DNA of 64,000 bases, taken from NCBI GenBank assembly GCA_964658305.1, contig OZ210885.1, forward strand, positions 9,176,001-9,240,000, read 5' to 3'. The notes under the pieces are model-generated. The model saw only the letters and a list, made by a program, of their open reading frames with translations. It ran no database searches and was not told the DNA's origin. This document shows positions 26,202 through 37,507 of the stretch, piece after piece. Source of the stretch: Leptogorgia sarmentosa. Its lineage: Eukaryota. How positions within the stretch are numbered: position 1 is the first letter of the stretch; each line of letters starts with the position of its first letter. The position numbers and the translations under genes are program-made.

Positions 26202-26283
26202 TGGAAGCGGTAGGATTCGAACCCACGTCATCGAAATGACTGGTGCCTAAAACCAGCGCCTTCGACCACTCAGCCACGCTACC
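26202..26283 (-). tRNA. tRNA-Leu: tRNA-Leu(TAG)
   Basis: 82-nt GGTAGCGTGGCTGAGTGG..., anticodon TAG, minor stem mismatches. Confidence 0.75.
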
Positions 26284-26406
26284 TGTGACCTGCAGACAAT
26301 ATAATTTCCCTTTAGGAAACATCCACCTCGTTTAAAGAGATGCCTTTCGATATCAAAGAAAGGAACAAACGTTGAACAATTCGGAACTTTGACATCAACC
26401 CGTTAA

Positions 26407-26478
26407 GGTTCTGTGGTGTAATGGTTAGCACTTTGGACTTTGAATCCAGCGATCCGAGTTCAAGTCTCGGCAGAGCCT
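26407..26478 (+). tRNA. tRNA-Gln: tRNA-Gln(TTG)
   Basis: 72-nt, TTGGA-CTTTGAA-TCCAG. Confidence 0.88.
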
Positions 26479-26917
26479 AGATCGAACAGACGAATTAAAA
26501 CATTGTATAAGGTGGTGAATTATATTACATTTCTCTTGCACTGTCCATTTTGCGTGTCATATTGAGTTGGAAAAAATAATCGAGGAAGAACAATTGGTGC
26601 GAAGGTGAATTTCTTATTTTAGTTACAAAAGCGATCCTGTGGGCTGTGTTATAGAAGTTCTTTAACCAAGGAAATTAGAAACGATTGAAAAATAATCAAG
26701 AATTTGGAAACCAATGCAAAAAGTCTGTCCATCATGAAATAGTTTGTGGGAATCAATTGGGCAAAGGAGGATGATATCATAAAATATCACTAAATTAATT
26801 TTACTCTTGTTCTATCATGGATATAATTACGAGTTTTTCCATATTTGGTTCAAAGGCTTCAGCAAGCAAAACTTATACCAGCTCAATAAACGAATACAGC
26901 CATGAACAACGAAAAAT

Positions 26918-26999
26918 TGGCAGCGGTGGGATTGGAACCCACGTCATCGAAATGACTGGTGCTTGAGACCAGCGCCTTAGACCACTCGGCCACGCTACT
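26918..26999 (-). tRNA. tRNA-Leu: tRNA-Leu(CAA) on the same body as the Leu(TAG) copies; possible pseudogene
   Basis: CTGGT-CTCAAGC-ACCAG; B box reads GTTCCAATC and first base is A. Confidence 0.65.
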
Positions 27000-27127
27000 T
27001 TTAACAGGTTGGATACATGATTCGTGTTCAGTAAATATCCACGTCCGCCATTGAAGAGTGTTCCTTTTGCTGTACAACAAAGGAAGAAACGTTAAAGAAT
27101 TGGGAAACTTTGTCAAGATTGTGTTAA

Positions 27128-27199
27128 GGTTCTGTGGTGTAATGGTTAGCACTTTGGACTTTGAATCCAGCGATCTGAGTTCAAGTCTCGGCAGAACCT
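27128..27199 (+). tRNA. tRNA-Gln: tRNA-Gln(TTG)
   Basis: 72-nt, TTGGA-CTTTGAA-TCCAG, followed by attttg. Confidence 0.88.
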
Positions 27200-27678
27200 A
27201 TTTTGACATTTGAATATTTTAAAATGCTGCGAATTTTATTACCTTTCTCTTCCGCCTTCCTTTTTTAATCCAGAGTTAATTGAAACAAATTGATCCAAGA
27301 GCGAAATTAATGCGAAGGGGAGCTTGTAAAATTAATTCCTAAAGGGATATTCTGTTAAAAGTTCATATTCCCAATAAAATTATAAAGAGTAAAAATCAAA
27401 AATTTATAAACCAATGCAAATTAAAACTCTGTCCACAGTCAAATAGTTTGCGGCTATCAAATAGTTTTCATAAATGACGGTGATATCAGAAAATATTAAT
27501 TTTACTTTCCTGGATAAAATTATTAGAAATTACAAATCTACGTTTTTCTCGTATTGCATTTGAAATTTAAATTCGTCAGAATGAAAATATTCTGCGTTTG
27601 CCGGGAATCTAATCCCAGTCTCGGGCGAGTTTGGGGATGTGAAGACAAACTGTTCCAAATAGAAATTGTCAGAAAAAA

Positions 27679-27752
27679 TTCCCACGCCGCGGGAATCGAA
27701 CCCGAGCCATGGCGGTGAAAACGCCAGATCCTAACCACTAGACCACATGGGA
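27679..27752 (-). tRNA. tRNA-Glu: tRNA-Glu(TTC) with 2-nt insertion near the T stem
   Basis: TCCCATGTGGTCTAGTGGTTAGG...TGGCG-TTTTCAC-CGCCA...CCCGCGGCGTGGGAA. Confidence 0.7.
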
Positions 27753-27835
27753 GTTACAATTTCGAGATCATGTCTGTCTTACGAACCCACATTTTTTCTC
27801 GAGTTGCAATTGAAATGCAACAAAATGAAAACATT

Positions 27836-27907
27836 TGCGTTTGCTGTGAATCAAGCCCCGGTCTCAAGGGTGGCAGGCGAGAATTCTACCACTGAACCAC
27901 CAACGCA
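27836..27907 (-). pseudogene. tRNA-Gly: tRNA-Gly(GCC) pseudogene
   Basis: 5' half intact (GCGTTGGTGGTTCAGTGGTAGAATTCTCGCCTGCCAC); T arm and B box decayed. Confidence 0.65.
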
Positions 27908-28288
27908 AAGTTGACGCCCTTATCTGGAGGTAAAATGTTGCTTCAGGCAAATTCAGGCATGTTCCTGCACAGGTAGGTAGCATTCTATATATTTTAGTTC
28001 AAGTTTCATATCTTTCCACCATTTCACTACGTTTGGAAAAAAAATAAGTATTGCTAATAGAATGGTTTCGAGTGGAATTTGGAATTAACTTGCACGAGTG
28101 AGTTTTGCAAAGACCTCAAAATAGAAAGTTTCTATTCTTCAGAGTGTAGCGCTGAGAATGTGTAGGTCAGTTGTAGATGGATGTGAATGTTCATTAATGA
28201 ACAACGTGAAAGCGGTTGGTTGTAGCAACGTACTAAAATAATATACATTATTTTTATATTTCTTTTCGGAAGGTTTTCAATGGAGTCA

Positions 28289-28294
28289 GTCTCT

Positions 28295-28338
<44 letters not shown>

Positions 28339-28362
28339 TTGGTTCGAATCCAACCAGGGACG
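28289..28362 (+). tRNA. tRNA-Asn: tRNA-Asn(GTT)
   Basis: GTCTCTGTGGCGCAATCGGTTAGCGCG-TTCGG-CTGTTAA-CCGAA...CAGGGACG. Confidence 0.92.
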
Positions 28363-28482
28363 TATTGGTGTGATGTTATTCAGACGTCGTGACGGTAAAT
28401 GTAACCGAATTTTTTGCGCGAGGTTTTCTAAGGATTACGGAAGCTTTCAAAAAACCGAACGTCTTACTTGGTTAATTAACTA

Positions 28483-28554
28483 GGGCTTGCACGGGAATCG
28501 AACCCGTGACCTCTCGCACCCTAAGCGAGAATCATACCACTAGACCAGCAAGCC
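28483..28554 (-). tRNA. tRNA-Pro: tRNA-Pro(AGG)
   Basis: GGCTTGCTGGTCTAGTGG...CTCGC-TTAGGGT-GCGAG...GCAAGCCC. Confidence 0.92.
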
Positions 28555-28803
28555 ATTGGTGGTAACAAAATGTTTTCTAATGTACTTTGTACTGACGAAG
28601 AAAAATATTGGATTAATATGTAATGTCTCAGGCGTTGCAACTCGATGAGAGGAGATTCTGTTGTCGACGGAAAGAAGTCACGTGATGACACATGCCGTGA
28701 ACGAGTTTGTATTTAAATGCAAAATTGACAAACCAGAGGCAATAAAAAAATTGATACTTTCCGTGAAGGTATATGTAGGTAATTGACCTAGGTTAACAGT
28801 TAA

Positions 28804-28830
28804 TTCGACTGCAGATTGAGAGGTCGGTGT
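28804..28830 (+). pseudogene. tRNA-Cys: tRNA-Cys(GCA) anticodon-arm remnant
   Basis: ttcgactgcagattgagaggtcggtg with upstream flank paralogous to 12640-12880. Confidence 0.5.
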
Positions 28831-28901
28831 TGTCACACCCATAAACTTGAAATATTCAAAATTCTTGATTTATTCATGTCGAAATACATAGCAATGCCAA
28901 C

Positions 28902-28958
28902 GTAGTCGTGGAAATCTGTTGGGAAATTCCCGCGCAGGTTGAAATCCTGCCGACTACG
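28902..28958 (+). pseudogene. tRNA-Ser: tRNA-Ser pseudogene with D-arm/anticodon deletion
   Basis: gtagtcgtgg^aaatctgttgggaaattcccgcgcaggttgaaatcctgccgactacg compared with 22432-22513. Confidence 0.7.
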
Positions 28959-31900
28959 ATCGCATGTCACTCCGTACGGCGCAGTCTTTCTAATCTGTAT
29001 CAACAGCATTATTTCCACTGATAAATTTTAGTCTGGGTTTGCTCATTGAATGATTCCTAAGCACCCGATCTTTTCATAAACTTGCCTGCGTATAAAGCAT
29101 ACAATTCAACGTATACATATTAATGATTATACTATTGAAGAAGGAAGTATTTTGGACGTTTTTCCTTCTTGTGAACACGAGTCCATAAGAATAATTAGGA
29201 AATCAGTATTTGATTGAATTGCTTCCCATAGACCTATTTTTGCTGCTGCCAAATAATTAACATACAATTATTAGAATCGCGTAGAATATTTTTTCTACTA
29301 TCAAAAACGGTTAATCTCGGGAATTCCTGAGAAAGAAAAATCTGACCGATGCTCGAGCCACCTTCGTCACCGTCTGGATCCGCGCCTGTGACGTCAATGG
29401 GCGGTCGTATACAAAGTTTTCAAATTTTCAAAAGTAACGGCATTATTATCTTTGAACAAACCTTCATCTTTTCCAAAATGTTTTATTGTAATATTGGTGC
29501 ATAATAACGAGTTATTCACATTTTTCGAGGTCCGAAGGTCGTGTCTGCGCGGGATAGTACTGGTGACTAGTTGCCATTCTCGCTGCCAGAGCCAAGATGG
29601 CGGTTTAAAAGGTGTTCGTTTTGTGCGCGAAGCATGTCTAGCGTGCACGAACCTCTAAACCGCCAAGATTTAACCTCAAGCAGTTGTGTGAGGACATCAT
29701 AAAGTCTCATGATCACGATCCCTGTCACGCAAAGAATCGTCGTGATATAATGCCACGTAAAAGAGCGACAATTGGTCGTGCTTGTGTGGTTTGGGAGGCT
29801 GATTGTTAAATCGTCTTGAAGCACCAAAAATATTTGCAATTTTACTTCAGACATGTAAGTTGTATGTGTCTAAGTAGGCTCTGGCGTTCGGATATGTTTG
29901 GCAGACGTAGTGCTCAAGTATAGGGGGAGTCTAATTCCCTCTTTCTGCCCACCGGCCACATCAGCTCGCCAAATTTTCTACATCTACCCATAATGCACTA
30001 CGGTCACACTACGGTCACACTACGGTCGTTGTTTGAATTTAAATATACTTAATATTCCGAATTCAACCGTTTTTCAACGGTTTTGTAATGGCGGTGTCTA
30101 AACTGAATATATTGGTCAATTTCCGCATACGCTTCAACGTTTTTGACCAATATTTACCGGTGATTTTCAGGAGAATTCGTTGCTACAGTGTAATGAAGGA
30201 AGTGAAATAGCTTTGAGAAGGCAAAATTCATGAAAAACATGCTCTCATGGACTTCAGCGGCGAAAGTATTCATGATATTTGAAAGGGGAATTAATACATG
30301 ATATCATGTACATTAAGTGAAATATACATGAATGTACCGTCTGGTAAATACTACTTGTACTAAATGATCTCATTTGTCTTACCAAATCATTACCATTTGT
30401 GTACGGATAATTTTTGTATGCAAACATGTTATCATGAGGCATTTATTAAACGTTTAACTTTATCAAAATTTTAAATGCCTTTTTCTCAAAACACCGAAAA
30501 TCCAATTGCGTGCAGGATATCTCAAGAAGTATTTAACCTATTCATTCAAACTTTCAGTGTAGCTTCTGTGTTGCATTCTCTTGGGGATGAACTAGAATCA
30601 TCAAAATATCTAGTATAACATTAAAGTTGTGATAGTCAGTACCATACCAATAATATCTATTTTCAATATTTTGTCCGTAAAAAAATTATTTTTGCCTCAA
30701 TCACCATAGTTCTACTTCATCCCCAAGAGCATGTGCTATACTATTAAACAAAAGTTATTTTAGGTTTTTATCATTCATACTTCTTCAGATATCATGTTTA
30801 CAAATATGTCAATTTTTCACCACTGGGGGGTAATTAACATGGTAACCATGGCAACAGTAACTTTGACAAACATTTTTTTATCTTAGTGGTACCATGCCCT
30901 AATAACTGACCAAAGATGAACATCATAGCATTAAAACACAAGAAAATTTTTTTTTGAGTATTGGACCCCCAAAATATTTTCCCCACATACCCTGGCCTCA
31001 AAATGTGTAGACATAATTTGACAGCTGTTCTTCTCTTGCCGACAGAGGCAACATTGAGGGGGGTGCGACACCCCCCCCCCCCCGCATCCCTTCTTCGCTA
31101 CGTCCCTGGTATCATCAACAGTTACCCACAGATTCTCTCTGTCCATGCATAAACATGAAACACAACCCAGTATACTCGAGGTGCTTGAAGTGATTACATT
31201 TAAAAAGCCTAACTAATATTTTTTGACGGATTAATCAAGACGACTATTTTTTCCAAGTTTCATAATCTCAGCGAAATGTGTACTAATCAACAAAAAATTG
31301 GCTGAAGGCCAACAACATTTTTTCCTTTCAATATTTCAGCAGAGCAAAATCTTGGGCAAACATAGCAGTTTAACATTTCTTCAAATTAGAGCTTCAAATT
31401 GACCATGAAGGAATTTTTATTACAAAATATTAATATCTTCCCAAAATAAAACACTGCATGTGATGAATATCTGAATGCGGATATATCACCCGCCTCGTAC
31501 GTCCATGAACCTTTTCAAATTACCCTACTTCAGTGAACCTTAACACCAAAGAAAAGAAACGTTCCCTTGGTTTTCTTTTCAGAATAACATGCAGATGTTG
31601 TGGGAAAAGTGTTGCAGAAAGCTACATTATGCCCAGTCTAACATGAGAGATTTGCCAACATATTGATCACCGCTATCGGTCCTTTTTAAAACCTTCGACT
31701 TCCATACATATTGGGATTTGATGCAAAGAACATATAGCTGGAACTGATAATTGTTATTAATAATAATTTAATAATATTTTCATTGATTAATATATTGATC
31801 TTTGAAGTTCTTACATCACACGGTCTTTCCACGCATGTGAATACTTTAAATTTAATATTCCAACATGTTCCCCAGATTGAGCCCAGATTTTAAATTTAAT

Positions 31901-32081
31901 ATTCCAACATGTTTCCCAGATTGCATTGCGATTCATTGTTTTGACACTGGTGTGAGTGACATGGCAACAATTCAAAGGTCTATTATAATTTTAAAATATA
32001 AAAATATCGTAGAATATTTAAATTAATCTATTTTATCGTAGAATATTTGAATTAATCTGATCAGTGTTACATGGAACCATT

Positions 32082-32421
32082 CAGGGGCGAAATTTAAGGG
32101 GGGGGGGGGTTAGAGGGGTTAGTAACCCCCCCAATGCTTAACTTTGCAGGGCAAAGAGGGAGTTCGCAGGGCAAAACGAAATAAATATATATTGATTTGA
32201 AAAAAATTGACTATCAAGAGTTTTAAATAGCCATTAAAGTGTACATGAAACGTTTTTGTGCTTGTAAGCCTACTCGCGGAAAGGTTTTGCCCCCCGCTCG
32301 CCAACAATTTAGGAATATTACCTACGGTCCTGGTTATCTTGCAGGGTATTCGATTTTCTTTCAGGGCATTTTTGCCAATAACCCCCCCCCCCCCATTGAG
32401 AAGGTTCAAGTTTCGCCCCTG
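32082..32421. mobile_element. hAT-like MITE, TIR caggggcgaaa, 8-bp TSD gaaccatt/gatccatt
   Basis: Terminal inverted repeats and near-perfect 8-bp duplication. Confidence 0.7.
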
Positions 32422-32608
32422 GATCCATTGGAAAAACTTACTTACTCTTTATAGTCTTGGACAAAGTTTTACCGATAGCAAAATCATTGACGCAATAAAA
32501 TAGAGATAGCGTCGGACAAATACTTGAAACTAAACGACATTTAAGGCTAGGCCAAAAGCTTGATTGTTTAAATTTTTTATTGAATAAAATGATATTGTTG
32601 CAGAGATA

Positions 32609-32845
32609 TACTGGGTGTCCCCCAAAAAATTCCCGTCTATAGAAATCACTCTGTTGTTAAATCTCGGGTTATTGCACCTCTGGAAATTTTAATTAGCTTC
32701 TGACGAACAGCAACACAAACACGTGATGTTATAAATACTTCTGTCGTTCATGAACCATTCAATTATATTCTCAAAGGCATAACAACGCACGTTTAACAAC
32801 GGAAGAGCTGATTTCAATAGAGGGGACTTTTTTTGGACACCCTGT
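32609..32845. mobile_element. Tc1/mariner-like MITE
   Basis: Inverted ends ctgggtgtcccccaaaaaa / tttttggacaccctg; similar elements at about 46794-47103 and a single end at 62276. Confidence 0.55.
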
Positions 32846-34181
32846 GGAAATAAGTATTTTAAATCCATATATATGGAGCAATATCTAGATATTGTCTGGG
32901 CCTGCTTTGTTTCCTGATACCTTTTAGGTCTTGAGCGAATTGTGAAGCCTTGAAAAATCAGCATGCTTATATAGAGGAAGCTACGAATTAATCTAATCAA
33001 AGTATTGGATCGGACAGTTTTAGGTCGAGAACGTGGACGTCAAAAACGACGTTAAAATGGCGTGCTTTGTCCATCTATGGATATGCCACGCCATTTTGAC
33101 GTTCGCGTCCCCGATCTAAAACTGTCTATTAGTTAGTTCACGCGAGCTCGAGGCTCTTATGATGAGTGCGACCGATGCTCGAATCAACGATCGGCTCACT
33201 AAGCACGCGTAATGTAATTGTTAATTTCAGTTGAATAAGAGATCAAACATAATTTTGCATGCAAGCACATTTTCCAAAGCCAAGACCTTGTTTAGACATC
33301 GTACTTTTCATTGTTGAGCTTCCATGTGCTGAATATGAATGTTAATGAGCTAAGTTTTTTTTATCTGGGCTCGTTTGGTTAGCTGTACATGAAAAGTTCG
33401 ACGTGTGAACTGGGCATGTAAAAGCAAGAATATGAAAGAATTTAAACTAACTAAAATTAAAGTAATAAACCTAACAAAAATATGAAAATAGAATAATGTG
33501 AAACTGAGAGCAACCACGTTGAAGTAAACGACTGGGTCTATAAAAATGAAAAACAGAAATGGAGTCTTTATTTTCCGAGTATAATGAAAGTATATAGCAT
33601 AAAAGATAGAACCAGGTATACGGGCAAATGTATACATGCAAATTTTCGACGAGCTATAATTGCTTGTTTTGACCAGCTATTACATGAAAGCTTTAGATCA
33701 ACTATACGTGTATGTTTTTTATCAGTACGTATACTATACGTACACTTTTGATTAAGCGTATACTATAGTGCCGGACACCGGACAAATATTTCTTCGATAG
33801 TGCGAACGCCAATCGTAACAGACATTTAACGTATGGATTCGTTCCTGTTTGTTTCCCGTTTGAAAGCTACATTAACATGTGATATATGAGGCCATAACTA
33901 ATTTGTGTGAACAAGGTCTCGGAGCAATGCGCATGCTCAAGAAAATCCGTAGTTCGTCCAGCTAAGACAGAACGAATTAATTAATGCGAAAAAAAACGGT
34001 GACGCTGCCCTAACAGTGAACGTGAAGAGTGTATTTTCCACACTTGTTTACTTTGCATATAAGTATAGTAGAAACAAAATACTTACAATCCCGGAATGAA
34101 CAGCCTGACCGAGCTTCAGAAATTCACATCAAAACAAACATAGAAATGAAAATCTCGGCCACTGTAGGCCGTTAAACGTTG

Positions 34182-34266
34182 TTATTTCCCAGGACGTTTT
34201 CGTGAACTCAGTGGTCGCCGCTCAAGTTTGTGAGCAAAACTCTCCCGGCAGATTGGACAGCGTGTG
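34182..34266 (-). CDS. Last coding exon of DED-CHY-RING gene (end of RING-H2: TRCPICRESF...PGK*)
   Basis: Acceptor tttcaacag, phase 2 matches the previous exon, TAA at 34182-34184. Confidence 0.85.
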
Positions 34267-34613
34267 CTGTTGAAAAATAGAAAATACTGCAGTTAGTGTC
34301 TATGAAAGCTATCAACACATGTCACTCAATCAATAATTAAGTCGGTCAGTTGGAGTTAGATGTTTTTTTACAAGTCCAATTTTCGCACGCGTATATTTTT
34401 GCTTCGTTTCATTCCCTCATTGTTTGAAAAGTAAGTCATTCACCTTTATAAAAGATAAACTGTCTTCACGACTAAATTTGTGCGCAATAGCGTGTTGAAA
34501 TTCGATTCGGGTTTCTTTCGATACATCCGCGGTAGTTATCGGAATGAAGAATTATCGGCTACCTTCTGCTAGATCAAATTCTACTTAAATCTTCAAATAG
34601 AAGATACACTTAC

Positions 34614-34696
34614 ATTCCGCTGCGTATCATTTGTGTCGCACATTCTTTGTGCACTTTATGAGAACAAGGAAGAATTTGACATCCAGTGAAAGCATC
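34614..34696 (-). CDS. RING-H2 exon (DAFTGCQILPCSHKVHKECATQMIRSG)
   Basis: ttgtgcag acceptor, gtaagt donor; C-x-H-x2-H-x2-C motif. Confidence 0.88.
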
Positions 34697-35577
34697 CTGC
34701 ACAAAAAAGCAGTTTATTGATCAATAAAAATACGAGCATGCATGTGTATATTTAAAGACTCGACCAAGAACGGGATTACGCAAACGGACATCCACCAAAA
34801 CAAGGTTTTCGAAATTTAGGGTTAGGTTTTAGGGGTTTTTAGGGTCATGGTTAGCTTTGGGATTAGGATTAGTTTTCTATTTAGGGGTAGGTTAGTTTTA
34901 GCAATAGTTGAGAGGCAATCGTGTTCTGTTGTGGACGATAAGACAAAATTTTGAAACACGAAAGAGTCCTGGGGCCGCTTGTATAAAAACGTAGTTAAAG
35001 TTAACTATAGTTAAGTGCGAAAATTGAGCAATCAGAAACGCGTATTTCAAAGTTAACTATCATTTAACTACGAAACGGATAGTTAAGAGTTTTATACAAC
35101 CGGTTCCTGGTATACTTGCGAAGATTGGTTGCAAAATATCGTGAATTGTGGAAAGTACGGTCAGCTGAAGCTTGCACATGTTGTACGTATCTTTTTTGTA
35201 TTACTGCCAGAAAAGCGTTACCACTTTTCAAAAAGTGCAACAAAAGGTTTTGTATCGAAAACGGAAGCTACAACATGTGGTGTATGTGGGATATTCAAGT
35301 CACAATGTCAGATATTCCCGTCAAGCTTGTTCAAAATTATACACTATTTTCTCCAAACTGGGATAATCAGTGCAAACACAACAGATTCGATACAAATTGT
35401 GATATTTTTACGTGTGTAGGTGGCGGGTAGGGGTGGGGGTTCAAACTAAACTGTTTTGCAAGGTCATATATAGTAAAACGTAATACAGGGCGTTTCCATA
35501 GTAGATTAATTACTTCCAAAACTTCATACAACAAATGAAAGTGACATAGTGAAACATATTTGAAAGTGAAACAGTAC

Positions 35578-35698
35578 CTCTAAGCAAATGCAGCACTCGT
35601 CATGCGCGGAGCCTTCACGACACTTGTGGTTTCCACGAAGTTGGACATCCAAACAAACTCCACAGACATCACAATGAAACGAACGATCTCCGTGAATT
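35578..35698 (-). CDS. CTCHY end and RING start exon (IHGDRSFHCDVCGVCL...HKC...CCICLE)
   Basis: Pirh2/RCHY1-like motif; splice sites and phases consistent. Confidence 0.9.
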
Positions 35699-36164
35699 CT
35701 GATATAAAACAAATGTTGCATTGCATTAATTTCTTCACCTATAAAAACTCCCCAACCAATTTCCCGCCAAAAACCTATTATTTCCCAACTTGTATCTGTT
35801 GTTCACTCAACGCTTGTTTTACCTCCTAAGGTTGATTCATAAAGTGAATAGAATATGTGAAATTCAACTCATAGTTGGTTCAATTGAGTGGGACCTAGCA
35901 GTCAGATAGAAATCTATTTTTCGATTGAAACAACTTAATATCTCACACTTTATTCCCGATTCCTTCTTTTTGTCAGAGCTATATAGTTCTCATAGAAGTT
36001 TCGAGTATTTGTAATTGCTTTCTATTACGACTCTCGTAAAACATACAGGCAGTGGTAGTCATGAAGCCCGAGAATATATCATAATGTATATTATGGTCGA
36101 TTGACTAATTGGTGTACCTAAAGAGAGTGTGTTAATTATGTCGATTATGCTAATTAAAACATAC

Positions 36165-36283
36165 CTGCAGATTCCGCACTTTTCACAATGATACGGATGA
36201 TCATCGGTGCCAGTCAAATGTTTACACATTCCACAATAATACTGCGCAAATCTGGCACCACAATTGCAGCAATGTTCACCAAA
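36165..36283 (-). CDS. CHY/CTCHY exon (FGEHCCNCGARFAQYYCGMCK...YHCEKCGICR)
   Basis: Canonical RCHY1-like C..C...F..YYC..C and YHC..CGICR motifs; AG/GT sites. Confidence 0.9.
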
Positions 36284-36493
36284 CTAAAAAAATTTCATAG
36301 ATATTTCTTCATTCTCTATTAATAATATTTATCATACTAAATTTGATTATTGCAAAATCTTCACTTCAGAAAATAAATACGCAAACGATTGTTAATCTCA
36401 TACTCCTTGTCAGTTAGCACAAATAATCATCATTTTTGGGAACAAGTTCGGCGTCGCCTACAAATTTTATCTACGACATAAAATGTGGGTTAC

Positions 36494-36834
36494 CTGTTGT
36501 ACTTTGTTACAATATACACACTTCAGCATCTTCGTGTCACGTGATTTCAGCTTCTTTCGACCGCACGTGCTTTGGTTGTTATGACAACGATGACAAGGCC
36601 AAAACTTGTCACAACAATCAAATTTGACATAACAATGTCGTTTGTAATGACTGCATAACCAGTTGTCGTCTCGGTCTGGGTCCCGGTTGGGACTGTTGCT
36701 TCGTTCATTGTCTGGACGTTGGAACTTGGAAAGTTTTGAACCACCGTTACCGACTGCCCGAGTATTACGCACGCCATTTGCTGATGATAAAGTTGTCCTT
36801 GTTCCATAATTTCCAGACGTTGTTCTTCTCTCGT
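36494..36834 (-). CDS. Linker plus CHY zinc finger exon (CSHYKRHC...CCDKFWPCHRCH...KCVYCNKVQQ)
   Basis: CxHY..C..CC...CxxCH signature; acceptor atatag at 36835, donor gtaacc. Confidence 0.9.
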
Positions 36835-37507
36835 CTATATTTTTAAAGAAGGAGTTAGAGAAGCAATAAACAGAACGTAGCAGTTCATGGAAATATTGAA
36901 AAACAACGCAAAATGGACAGAGCTAGATTCCAGTATTGTGGACTTTCTTTCGACACAGTTCGAGTCATTAATCATGTGAAAATGAAAGTAATACCCTTTC
37001 AATATAGCAACTTGATAGTATTTAATATTTTTGTTTCACGCAATATCTTTGTTTAATCAAGGCAATTCAGATAAAGAAATCAAATAACGCTTGTGGACCT
37101 TGCAAAGTGTTTGGTACACATGAATCACGATTTATAGGGGGCCTAGGGGCTGATATTATTTTTAGATTTTTAGAATGAGATTAGGATCAGGATTGGGATC
37201 AGGTTGAGGATTTTGGTTGGGATTTTAACACAAGAATGTGACAGGTATTTGTTTGGTAAATTCAAGTATATAAGTGTTACGATTTTGGAAGGGATTACCT
37301 ATCAGTTAAAGAACAACGCGATTCGATAGGCGGGGTAAAACTTAATAAGACAAACAACAGTACATATATGCATATATGGTTAATAAAAATAATGCATATA
37401 TGGTTAATTTTGGTTACAACTCGAAGTCGCCAAGACTCATCAAATTGTTTTTAGCGAAACTAAGTTTTAAAATCTATCAAAATATGAGAAACTACAGGTA
37501 CACTTAC

